From: the human T2T-CHM13v2.0 reference genome, Homo sapiens
DNA length: 64,000 nucleotides
Direction: 5' to 3' (one strand)
NCBI RefSeq assembly: GCF_009914755.1
Contig: NC_060940.1
This document shows positions 1 through 16,746 of this stretch, piece after piece. Below the pieces are notes generated by a model. It ran no database searches. It was not told the DNA's origin and worked only from the letters and a program-made list of their open reading frames with translations. Each line of letters begins with the position of its first letter. The stretch's first letter is position 1. A program made the position numbers and the translations under genes.

Positions 1-320
1 CAATAAGTTGGTCTCAAATATGCAATATGAGAAAAATCCAAGAGCAAAACCAAAACAACACATAAGGAACAAAGGTACGCTGGAACATTTGACCTATGTT
101 ATCTGCCCCAGTGATGTCGATGTTGCTGAAAAGACTGGAGTTGGCATTCATCTCTCCGTTTCTTTGCCCACCGGTTAGTCTTCCAGATGATCATGGCCAC
201 TTCACTCAAGAAACTGACTTTCCCAAATGTACCCAGAAGTGTGCCATGGTCTGCCTCAGTTTTGCAGTTACCTTTCTTCCAGGAAATTATAAATTACTCT
301 TTATAAAAATCACATTGACA

Positions 321-640
<320 letters not shown>

Positions 641-1299
641 AATCACATTGACTACATAAAAGACATAACACAAATTCAGTGAAGATTTGACAATTACTAT
701 CATGTAAAGTTCTAAAATAGATTTCTTTGGAGTCATGATTGTACATAACTTACACCTGGACCCATCTGCAGCTAACCTCCCACTCCCTGCAATTGCATAT
801 TGACCTTGTGAATTTGTTGATTGGAAAATTACATCCCTTTCCTTACCTCTGAGTGTGAGTGTGTTAGCAGCAGTTCAGTGGGATATTTCAGGATTCACAG
901 TTCTTTAATTCTGTCTTCCGGACAAACTCCAAATTGTTTTTTATGTCATAGTGAAATATCAGAACTATGGCCAGTCTTTAGCTGACTACATTTTGAAAGC
1001 TGAAATAGGATAGAGCTACTGTGTGTGTAAAGGAACGGCCACCAGGTATAATGGGAGACTTTTTAAAAGCAGTCCCCGGTGTAAGCCCGATGTGAGTTGG
1101 ATGTTTTTATTGGTACACTGATTCCTTAGGTGGCCTTCAAACATCTATTCCTGGACTCTTCCATGTTTTCCTGGTGCTCTCAGCATAGGCGCTCCACTGG
1201 TCTTAGAAGCTGCAGGACTGCCTGATGGGCTGGCTGCCTCTGTGCACTTCAGTGAGCCATTGTAAATAAATAGTCCTGCCCCGTCACTTCCATTTTCGT

Positions 1300-1490
1300 G
1301 ATTCAACTGTATTGTTTCCACAGCATTTATCAGTGTCTGAAATGATCTTACTCACTTCTGCTGTGTTTATTTTCTGTCTCCCTTCACCAAAATGTAAAGC
1401 TGCTTGAGGTCAGGGGTCTTGCCTTTCTTGTTCATCATTGTGTCAACAATGCCCAGATAGGACCTGGCACAAATGGAGGGATCAATACAA
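1300..1490 (+). mobile_element. L2 LINE 3' end fragment
   Basis: degenerate L2 3' motif (TGTAAAGCTGCTTGAGGTCAGGGGTCTTG...CCTGGCACA). Confidence 0.6.
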
Positions 1491-3547
1491 AATCATTGAC
1501 CATGTGCATAAATGAACGTGCATCATAGCACCTGATGGCACACCCATTGTCATCATCATCAATGTCAAGAAGCATTTATTAAGCAGTACCACAGTGTTGC
1601 ACAACCCCAGGGGGCTCTGTCTGCATAGCACAGGACCAGGCCCTACGGAAAACAGATGGAAGCCAAGAAGGACCTGATCAAATATAAATTTGTCATCAAA
1701 GTTGCTCCTGGATAATATGTCAGTGGATTCCCTTATATTTGAAATCATTTTATAATAAGGATCTCTAGGTAGTTCAGTGAATAAACACCTCTGGATTCCC
1801 CACAGAGCCACCTTAAACAGAATGCAAACACTGCTCTCCAGTAAACAGCATTAGAGGCAAAGGGCTCACTAGCCTTTCCTTTGGAAGATTTCATAATCAC
1901 AGCAAGAGACTTTCTGCCCAGAAACAAGTACATATACAAAGTAATTCTTTTATTAAATTGGGATTAAATGCTATCTAAAACTAATTTAGAGAGAGAGTTC
2001 CATTTAATTGACTGATTTGGGTAGGATAAAATGGTAATAATTGTTTTACATGGTATTTAAATTTCATTACTTGAGTTTCTTATTGCTTCTTTTCACGTGA
2101 GAATTACCTTTGCAAATACGACATAATAGAAAGCTTTTCAAAAAGCTTTTACTTGCATTTTCTCTCGGAGTGTATTGGTGTTGTATTCAGGGATTGGAGG
2201 CTCATAAGAGCATAATGAGAAGATGAATGCACCTCAACCTTAGAGGTGTCTCCAGTTACTGACTTTGTTCTTTCCCTCAGGCTGAATGAGGTGAATATAG
2301 AACGTCTTGCAGTTGAATAATTTGGCTGCTTTCAGGCAAGAATTTTTGTGATGTTATAAAAATTGAGATCTAAAAGGAAACTTAACCTTCAGTTCATTCT
2401 TTTGATGTATTTTGCCTGAAGCATGGTGCTAGGACCTGTTATCTCAAATAGGCAATATAAAAATATCTTTCTAATTCACTCCTACAGTTGAAAGATCCTC
2501 ATGGATTGAAATTACTGTGATCTATCAAAATTCACTATGTTGTGGAAATAAAATAAAATCACATGTCAGACGAGGAATGATGACAACAATGGACCGGCTT
2601 ATTATGAAGCTTAAAATGAAAATGCTTTATCGGCAACAGTATTGGATTCTTGAAAGATGGAAAATATGTGTCAAAATCAGAGAAGCCACATTGCTGGTGT
2701 TTTCCTCATTCTTAGTGATATGGCTGGTTTGTCCCATGCTTTTGGAATCGGTAGCAATATTTGGTTTAATTGTATGTCTTTTTAAAAATCAGAAGATAAT
2801 TCACACCATAAAATTCACCATTTTAAAGTGTACAATTCAGTGGGTTTGGATAGATTCGTAAGGTTGTGCAACCATCATGACTATCAAGTTCTGGAATATT
2901 TTCACCCACTCTCAAAAAGAGGAAGCCATGATTGTGCTGTCTGTCTTTAAGGATTTGTTTATTCTGGACTTTTCATTTAAACTGAGTCAAATGGTATGTG
3001 TTCCTTTATGTGTGGCTACTTTCACTTCATGTTTTTAAGGTTCATCTATGTTGTAGCATGTATCAGCATTTCGTGTTTCTAAATAACAGAACACTATGCT
3101 ATTGTCTAAGTGTCCTACATTTTATTTACGTGTTCATAAGTTGATAGACGTTTGTTTTGTTTCCACTTTTTGGCTACTGTGAATGTGTGCAAATTTTTGT
3201 GTGAATGAACACATGTTTTCCTTTCTCTTGAGTATATCTAGGAGTGGAAATGCTGAATCGTATGGTAACTCTGTTTACCTTTTTGAATAATAGCCAAACT
3301 GTTTCTCACAGCAGCTGTGCAATTTTACCTCTCCACCTGCAATGTATGAGGGGTTCCAGCTTCTCTACATCCTTACAACACTTGTTATTTTCCATTTTCA
3401 AAATGATAGTCATTTTAGTAGATATAAATGGGTACCTTATTAAAAAATAAATAAATAAATAAATGGGTACCTTATTGTGGCTTTGATTTTTATTTCTCTA
3501 GTGACTAAGGAAGGATGTTGAGCAGTTTCTCAATTGAGTATTTGCTA

Positions 3548-3595
<48 letters not shown>

Positions 3596-3620
3596 CATCC
3601 ATCCATCCATCCATCCATCT
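3548..3620. repeat. (TATC)n(CATC)n compound tetranucleotide microsatellite
   Basis: direct reading. Confidence 0.95.
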
Positions 3621-3669
3621 AATGTCCATTTGAACTCTGTCTCATTTTTTTATTTGGGTTATTTGTCTT

Positions 3670-6156
<2,487 letters not shown>

Positions 6157-7368
6157 ATTATTTGTGTTTTTGTTATTGAATTTTAAAGGTTATTCACATA
6201 TTCCAGATACTATACCTTTATTAAATACATAATTTGCAAATATCTCCTCCCATTCTGTAGATTGCATTTTTTAAATGGTATCCTTTTCTCTCTCTGGTAC
6301 CAGAATGCAGGGTGTTGGTTTCCAAGGCTGCTGCTGGTGAGGTGGACAGTGGAGGATGATAATAGGGTAAGTTAAAGACACCAAAAACTTTATGTTTTTA
6401 TGACAATTTAGCCAGTTTTTTTTTTTTTTGGGAATAAATACTCCTTGGGTTGCTACAAATCATTGGTTAATTTCTAGAGTTTTGAAAAAGTTTTCTGATA
6501 ATTTTTGTCAGGTTTTTTCATTGTTTTATGAGGGGTAGTTAAATCTGTGGAGGTTCTAATTCTGACATTTTCACTGCCGTCACCTCAACCATGTCTTATA
6601 TTGCAGTGGGATGACAATCTTGGGTGTATGCTTTGCCTTTCTTTTTTTCATATAGGCTATGTCATCATGTGGATGCCATGGAAAGATGGACTCAAGCCTC
6701 TTTTAAGTTCATCATCACAAACTGAGTTTTTTTGTTGGGTACCATCCCCTCTACTTTTATAATTTATAAATCTAGGGAGCTTATAGCAACTTAGAGATTG
6801 GTCAATGAATTTTCCCCTTTGTTTTACACAAGAGAAAACTGGCACCCCTTTTGCAAAGTGAAGTGAATTGCTCAGTTCCTTCCTATAGTTGGTAGTAGAA
6901 GCGGGAGGAGAATTGAGCTCTAATAGAAACACTCAGTCCAAATACTTCTCTGCAAATTTCCAGAGTCTCATCACTCAGCTTTCTATACACATTTTCTCTT
7001 TTTGTTTGGGTATGTATGCCAGTCCCTGTGACTTTAGAAATGATGAGATATTATAAGGCCCATGCACAGCCCCACAATTATTCTCACGAACTCGGTTTTA
7101 ATGTTGGTATGATTTGGGTATTATAAAAATTCATGGTCCTCAAGAAGCAGCCAGCAGTTTACCTATGGTAGCAGATACATTTTTGTCTAGCTTTCCCCAT
7201 TTATTATTTGCATCATGCTTGATCAGACGGCCTCAAGAACAGCTTCTGCATAGTGAAAGAGAAAACAATGGTTTGAAAATGAAAGTTTAGTGCTAAAATG
7301 TAGCCATATGAATGTTCTTTGGAAGCACTTGTTTTTAAGGACCTTGGGGACATTCTCTGGTTGGTGTT

Positions 7369-7480
7369 TGTGTTAGTTTGCCAAAGCTGCATGGAAAAGT
7401 ACTACGGATTGGGTGGCTTAAACAACAGAAATGTATCTTCTTATAATTCTGGAGGGTAAAATCCAAGATCAAGGTGTCAG

Positions 7481-7532
<52 letters not shown>

Positions 7533-7791
7533 AGGCCTTCCTCTTTGGCTTGTAGATGCTGTCTTCTCAATGTATCTTTACATGGTCTTCCCTCTGTAAC
7601 TGTCTGTCTCCTAATAGGCTCTTCTTATGAGGACACCAGTCACATGGGATTAGGGCCCACCTCAATGACTGCATTTTACTTAACTACCCCTGTTAAAGGC
7701 TCTCACTTTCCAAATATACTTACATTCTGCAGTATTGGGGGTTAGAACTTCAACATATAAATTTTGGGGGGACACACTTCAGCTCATAACA
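7369..7791 (-). mobile_element. MLT1 (MaLR) solo LTR (MLT1A/B-like) with an internal T47 tract
   Basis: GGTGGCTTAAACAACAGAAAT...GGGGGGACACACTTCAGCTCATAACA termini; poly-T 7485-7531. Confidence 0.85.
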
Positions 7792-8021
7792 GTGTTAGAA
7801 TGGGAAATGTTTATGAATCAATATTTACAAAATGGATAAGGAGGCTAGCAAAGCAAACACATAATCTCTCTGCTCAGACTCATCACACATCCTACCTGTG
7901 AGAGCCAATTGTTAAATAGTCAAGAAGTTTCCAAGATTAAGCCATGAAAACCAGCAATAGCTACATTGCTAATTTCAATCACCACCCTCACACTGAAAGC
8001 TAGGTTTCTTCTCTCTCTCTC

Positions 8022-8326
<305 letters not shown>

Positions 8327-8486
8327 TAGTTTTCAAGGACACACTGCTCTATGCCATATCCATTTTTACAGTGAAGGTCACCTTGAGAAATAAATTAGCT
8401 TTTTCTAAAGGGATACTTTTCCTAGGATTGCTGTAAGTTGGGAATATGGTTTGGATATTTGCCCCCTCCAAATTTCATGTTGAAAT

Positions 8487-9720
<1,234 letters not shown>

Positions 9721-10409
9721 ACCCCAAAATGTAAAATAACAATAATGAGTGTCTGATTTCAATTTGCCTATAACATGCTTAGAAATTCAATTCGTTAATT
9801 TCAGTTTTTGAAATAATCAGATTGTCCAAAAGAGGGTGCCAAAGATTTACAAAGGTATTTTCTTTGGTTCTGTAAAAAGAAGCTAAGTAATAAAATAGAA
9901 TTAATGTAATTAAAAGCCAAGAGAACCTAATATAAGTCAATGTGTCTGACTCTTATCTACATCTTGCCAATGACTCCTATCCTCCTTCCCTGGGACTCAT
10001 GTTGGATGCGTTTTGCTTCTTGGTGCTGCTGCTTTGCTGTGTTTGAGAGTGTAATTCACCCTCATGATGCACAGCAGGTGACCCTGACTCCAAAGATACC
10101 TGCAGGGAGCTGAGCTAACCGAAATACGCCTGCACCTTATTTTAGGTAACGATAGACAGAGGCTTGTATAAGTTGGATTTGAATGGGAGTTTGCAAATTG
10201 ATGTGTATACTTTGTAAATTTATACTATTTTCAGTTATATACACTTAGAGACAATTTTGACTTATTACTATTGGGTCTTCCACTGAAAGTGGCTTTTAGC
10301 ACTGTAATCTTCAATTGCCCTGTTTCTAGAACCCTAAATCAAGGAGTTTATAATCTGTAACTAAGTATAAATGCATTGACACAATTCATTTTTTAAGGTA
10401 TCTTTTGGT

Positions 10410-10695
10410 GGGCAGGGCCTGGTGGCTCATGCCTGTAATCCCAGCAGTCTGGGAGGCTGAGGCAGGAGGATTGTTTGAGCCCAGGAGTTAGAGACCAGCA
10501 TAGGCAACATAGCAACACTCTGCCTCTGCAAAAAAATAAAGAATTAGCCCGACATGGCAGTGTGTAACCTGTAGTCCTGACTACTCAGGAGGCTGAGGTG
10601 GGAGGATTGCTTGAGCCCAAGAGGTCCAGGCTACAGTGAGCCAAGATCATGCCACTGCGGTCCAGCCTGGGTGACAGAGCCAGACCCTATCTCAA
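10410..10695 (+). mobile_element. AluJ
   Basis: GAGGATTGTTTGAGCCCAGGAG and GAGCCCAAGAGGTCCAGGCTACAGTG AluJ-type motifs. Confidence 0.88.
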
Positions 10696-10857
10696 GTATA
10701 TATATGAATAATTTCATCAAGGAATCTCCTTAAGATAACTATATCACAACAAAACTAAGTTCTTTTTTTGTTATATTGCCTTTTTACATTTTCAGAACAT
10801 CTTTATTTTCTGTTGATTGTAAAAGAAACAGACACTAATAAAATAATCAGATTAAAA

Positions 10858-11228
10858 AAATTGTTTTAGGTTTGGGGTACATACGCAGGTTTGTTATATA
10901 GGTAAACTCATGTCACAGGGGTTTGCTGTACAGATTATTTTGTCATCCAGGCACTAAGCCTAGTACCCAATAGTTATTTTTTCTTCTCTTCTCCCTCCCC
11001 CCGCCCTCCACCCTCAGGTAGGCCCCAGTGTCTGTTGTTCTTTTCTTTGTGTCCATGAGTTCTCATCATTCAGCTCCCACTTATAAGTAAAAACATGCAG
11101 TACTTGGTTTTCTGTACATGCATTAATTTGCCAAGGATAATGGCCTTCAGCTCCATCTATTTTCTCACAAAAACATGATCTCATTATTTTTTATGGCTGC
11201 ATAGTATTCCGTGGTATATATGTACCAC
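10858..11228 (-). mobile_element. L1PA13-16-like 3' fragment
   Basis: GGGGTACAT..GCAGGTTTGTTATATAGGTAAACTCATGTC; TSD ATAAAATAATCA(G/A)ATT. Confidence 0.82.
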
Positions 11229-11349
11229 ATAAAATAATCAAATTAAGAAACTCCAAAGTGAAAGCTTACTTAATCTTACTTGAAGATTTCTTACTTACTG
11301 TCAGTGATTTGTTATGTAACTTTCTCTTTGGTGTGTATATTAAGAAACA

Positions 11350-11485
11350 ATTTTATTTTATTGTGGTAAGAACACTTAACATGATATCTACCCTCTTAAC
11401 AAATTTTGAAATATGCAATACAGTATTGTTTACTAAAGGTACCATTTTGTACAGCAAATCTCTAGAACTTATTCATATTGCTCAA
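11350..11485 (-). mobile_element. L1MA8/9-like 3' end fragment
   Basis: TTGTGGTAAGAACACTTAACATGA.ATCTACCCTCTTAAC motif. Confidence 0.7.
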
Positions 11486-11854
11486 CAGGGAGGGGCTTGT
11501 GTAACCTTCTGAATGTTTACATATGTGTTTAGAATGTAAATGGCTTACATTATCCATATTCTCCAGTGATATACTTTCCACATCTAATGATGAATGTCTG
11601 TCTTATATAACATCATTCTTTCTTTGCAATGGATGCCTATGATTCCCTTTTATGGATGTATTACACTTTGTTTAGTCAATACCCTATTACACAATTTATT
11701 TAGTTCTTTCTTTTGTTTTTGTTTTTGCTATTAACAGTATTGATTTAATAAAAAGCCTTACAAACCCATATTTATGGATTCGTGCTATTATCTCTGTTTA
11801 ACTAATTCCTGAATTGAAATTCTAAGTTTAAATATAAGCATATTTATATATATA

Positions 11855-12300
11855 TTTTAATTTTTAATTTTTTGTGGATATATAGTGGGTATATATATTT
11901 ATGGGATGTGTGAGATGTTTTGATACAGGCATGCAATACATAATAATCACATCATAGAGAATGGGGTATCCATCCTTTCAAACATTTATGCTTTGTGTTA
12001 CAAGCAATCCAATTATACTCTTTTAGTTATTAAAAATGTACAATTAAGTTATTATAGACTATGGTCACCCTATTGTTCTATCAAGTAGTAGGTCTCATTC
12101 ATTCTATTTTTTTTTGTACTCATTAACCATTCCCACCTCCTCCCCATTCTTTCCTCTTCCCTTCCCAGCCTCTGGTAACCATCCTTCTGCTCTCTATGTT
12201 CGTGAATTCAATTGTTTTGATTTTTAGATCCCATAAATAAGTGAGAACATGTGCTGTTTGTTTTTCTGTGCCTGGTTTATTTCACTTAACATAATGATCT
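11855..12300 (-). mobile_element. L1MA 3' fragment
   Basis: same 3'UTR family as the 3670-4030 copy. Confidence 0.8.
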
Positions 12301-12352
12301 GCATATATTTTGATAGGCATTACCATCCACTATCTGATAAGTTTTACAGATT

Positions 12353-12673
12353 CAGTCCTGTAATTTAATGATGGGGATATGTTCTGGGAAATGTGTCCTT
12401 AGATGATTTTGTTGTTGTGTGAACATCAAAGAGTGTATATAGTATTTATGTAAACCTAGATTGTGTAGCCTACTACACACCTAGGTTATGTGGTATAGCC
12501 TATTGTTCCTAGGCTACAAACCTATACAGCATGCTACTTACTGAATAATGTAGGAAGTTATAACGCAAATCACTAAGCCACAGGAATTTTTCAGCTCCAT
12601 TTTCATCTTATGGGACCACCGCGGTATATGCGGTTTGTTTTTGACTGAAATGCTCTTATGTGGCACATGAGTG
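12353..12673 (+). mobile_element. Tigger3a/MER7A-like DNA transposon (TcMar-Tigger MITE)
   Basis: CAGTC..GGGGATATGTTCTG.GAAATG..CTACTACACACCTAGG..; ends ...CACATGAGTGTA. Confidence 0.8.
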
Positions 12674-13602
12674 TATAAAAACCCACTCACATGAGTGTTC
12701 CTCTGGGGTTTTCTTAAAGTGGAGAACAACTGCATCTAAGAATGAATCATTTTAGATCAGGGCTGTCTAGGATTGAAATGTCCCAGGATCAGACAGCATC
12801 CAGAATAGCATTTACCTTTTCTGGTATATGCTGCAAAATAATTGCCACAAGTATCATTGACGATTTGCATTCTTGGTATATCTATGTAAAGGAGATGTCC
12901 TTCGACTGACAGCTGGCAATACTTCTTGCAGATCTCAGAGCTAACTGCATGTTGAGGTTCAGCATCCACTCTGGTGATTTGGTGATTTGAGTTTTCAGAT
13001 CTTGAGCTGTGTAATTTCAGGAGGCTTTCTTCTCTGTTGGAAGGAAGACTGGAGTGATGCAATTATCCTATTGGAGTACATTTCCTTTCAATTCTGTTCT
13101 CAAAATATATTTTTTTCCAGAAGAAAAAATTAGCGTCATTTTTATTGGGCAGGGGAGGGGTAGGAAGGGGATTTGGATAAAAAGAGTAGAACCATTCATC
13201 TGCTTGTATTCCTTTTCAGAAGACGTGGTTAAAGTTTTTCCTAGTCATTTTTACATCTTTTTTATGGGAAGGGATTGTGTTACAGTACACATTTTATTTT
13301 GCCAAGTGAGCTGTTACAGTGCATACCAACATACACACACACTACCCACATTCCTTCAAGAAGCAACTAACACTATCAACATCATTTAAATAACAAAATA
13401 GTAATATTATTATTATTAAGTCCATTGTTTATTAGCTCTTTGACCTTGGTTAGGTTATCATATCACTCTGTTCATCTATAAAATAGAGTAACTGTGAATA
13501 TCAAGTGAGATATGTATAATGCATAGCACATGGTAAATAGTATATGTAAGTATATTCTTATTTTTTGTCATTAAAGTTTCCTTTAAGGAAAGATATGGGA
13601 CT

Positions 13603-13863
13603 TGTGATATAATAAGCAATATTTATTTGGTCATCTCTGCTCCAGTTCCTGGCACAGAACTTCTAAAACTCTTGTAATTTCCTGAGTAGATGGGGTGCCA
13701 GGATGATCTTTTGTTTCACTATTTGGTCTCTAACCCTTGTTCCTAACAGAAACCCTAAATCTCTTGGTATTTCCTGGGCAATAGCAGCATCTTTTATTCT
13801 AATGAACCAACTTTTGGTGGGCTCCTGAATGGAGAGAGAGAGCTCTCTCCCTCTCTCTTTGTG

Positions 13864-13894
<31 letters not shown>

Positions 13895-14600
13895 CTACAT
13901 TTGGGATAATAAGTACCTAAACTGCCCACATATTGTCCTTGCTTGATATGTTTTCTAAGTCTCTTTGAATCTATAGATTTTACCTTTTTCATTTTTTGTT
14001 TTAATTGTCATCAGAAAGACAAGACACAGAAGTTTGAAACTTTCAGCCTCACCCCACCTCCTCTTGGGGAAAGAAGATCGGGTTAATAATGGATCATGAT
14101 TACCTGATTAAGCCTCCATAATAATCTCTAAAGTACTGAGCACTTGGTGCTTCTGGGTTGGTGAACACATCCAGGTATTGGGAGGATGGTGCACCCCAAC
14201 TCCATGGGCACAGAAGCTCCTGCCCTTGAGACCCTTTCAGACCTTTCCCTATATCCTCTTCATCTGTATCCTTGATCGTATCCTGTATAATAAACCAGTA
14301 AACCTAAGTGTTTCCCTGAATTCTGTGAGCCATCAGCAAACTATGAAACCTGAGGAAGGAGCCATGCGAACCCCCAATTTGTAGCCAAGCTGAACAGAAG
14401 TGTGGGTAATCTGGGGACCTACTACTTGGGAGTGGCATTCGAAGTGGAAGGCAGTCTTGTGGGACCGAGCCCTTGTCCTGTGGGGGGTGCACTAACCCCA
14501 GGTAGTTAGCATCATGATTGAATTGTAGGACACCCACTTTGGTGTTCAGAGAGCTGGAGAATCGGTTGGTGTGGGGAGAAATCCCTTCATGTTGAATGTA
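13603..14600 (+). mobile_element. MER21-family LTR, interrupted by a foreign ~160-bp copy at 13845-14006
   Basis: TGTGATAT..TTTGGTC..TTCCTGGCACAGA start; TAATAAACCAGTAAAC poly(A) region; GAATTGTAGGACACCC. Confidence 0.8.
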
Positions 14601-14654
14601 GTAGAGAAAACGTCTGCTTTTCTCATACACCTCTGCTTGTATTCATCTTTCTAT

Positions 14655-15080
14655 CTTCGCTTGGGTTCTCCCAGAAGCAAACTCTGAGCCAAAGAGTTGG
14701 GAAGCACAAGGGACACGGGTAAAATAATACACGGAAGGGCTGATACAAGGAATACAGGAATGATGCAAGGCAGCCAGATACAGGGGGAGCTTTAAGGCCA
14801 GTGCCCGCAGTTGGCTGCTGGGGCGTTACCCCATGGGGAAGCTCTGGGAAGCAGTGCAAAGCACAGACCTCGGAATTTACTAGTGGATGGGTTATGAAGC
14901 TGTGGGATTTGGGCAACAACTCCTGGCAGTCATTTGTGAGGATTATTCCTTGGGCAGTGATTTCCTCAGCTCTCCCAGCCTGTCATGCACGTGTGCAGAC
15001 AGAGAGGCCCACAGGTACCGTGATGCAGGTTCAGGCCGCGGGAAGCCGGCAGGAACATCTTGAAAGGTGAGGCGCTAATA
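14655..15080. mobile_element. Old ERVL-class LTR (LTR33/LTR16-like)
   Basis: TTGGGTTCTCCCAGAAGCAAACTCTGAG motif. Confidence 0.5.
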
Positions 15081-15329
15081 ATACTGCTACAGCCGTGGAC
15101 TCTTGAACACCTAGCCTGTAAGACCACTTAGGAACCACCGGGGAAAGCCAGAAGTCTCTTATCTTTTTCCCTTTTTTCACAGGTGGAGCAAGTGAATTAA
15201 TTAGGTTGTACAAAAGGCTGCATTTTCTATATATCATGTTCAGTTCTAAACAGAATCTACTCAGCCTTTTGGAATAAAAAATAGTCTGTGGTTCTGGACC
15301 ACAAGCATGTATTTTCTTTTTTGTTTATT

Positions 15330-16080
15330 TAAATTTTTTTTATTATGGAAAATTTCAAACATATATAAAGATAAAGTGAGTAGCTTAATGATTAATCACA
15401 TATTCATCACTTGGATTCATCTTGTTCCGTAAATAAACCCATCTATGTCCCACACCACTCCCTACTGGATGAATTTTAAGTAAAATATATCATTTCATCC
15501 ATGAATATTTCAGTGTACATCTATATAATACAAAAATAATTTCACTATTCTGATTATTAACAATAATTAATCAGTATAATTAAATATCTAGTTCTCGTAT
15601 AAATTTTCATGTCTTTTTTTTTCTCCTCCTTCTTTCTGTCTCTCTCTGTGCCTGTGGGGTATGTGTGTGTGTGTGTGTGTGTGTGTGCATCTACATTTGG
15701 GATAATAAGTACCTAAACTTATTGTCCTTGGTGGATATGTTTTCTAAGTCTCTTTGAATCTATAGATTTTACCTTTTTCATTTTTTTGTTTTAATTTATT
15801 TATTGAAAAACCAGACTAGTTGCCCTGTAGAATTTCCACTACTTTGAGTTTTACTAATTGCATTTTTTTACTAATTGCATTACAGGAGTGAGCCACTGCG
15901 CCTGGCTGATCATCTAGTTTTGTGTAGTTCCTGCTCTAGACCTGTAATCAGCCATTTTTTCCAAAGTGCTTTAATTTTTAAACAAAAAGTTGATGTTTAC
16001 TTACATTTAGACAGCAAAATCTGTGTGCTTAAGGTGTTCAGTACTGCTTGGTTGATCTTTGTTTCTATGCTTTTTTTAAG
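15330..16080 (-). mobile_element. Old L1M (MC/ME-like) 3' fragment with (TG)n at 15662-15687
   Basis: TTATTATGGAAAATTTCAAACATAT 3'-end motif. Confidence 0.65.
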
Positions 16081-16404
16081 TGGCCAATTCTTTAATTGAT
16101 TTGACAACAACCATTAACAACAATTTTCACTGATGACCTTGCTGTAGTGACATATCATGAGTCATATATTATCTTCATTGATAGTGCTTTATGTTTATTT
16201 AGCAAGAAATTAATAAGAGCTTACATAAATGTGATTCGGTAAGATCATTTTAGCCCGAGGAAAGAGCATGAACAAAACCACAACCTGGAAAATGCAAGAA
16301 ATCCAATTTGACAGAGTTGTTTGTACAGGTAGGAAAGTGGTGGGTACTAAAGTCTAGAAAAAGTGTGTTGGAGCTGGGGAGAAGTGCCAAAGGCTGCCAA
16401 GTAG

Positions 16405-16746
<342 letters not shown>

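Noticed and set aside
2270-2520. Splice-acceptor-like motifs (TTTCCCTCAG at 2280, CTAAT..CCTACAG at 2487); similar motifs at ~15182 and ~18928
   Set aside because: Such motifs are common by chance; no coherent exon chain without transcript data.
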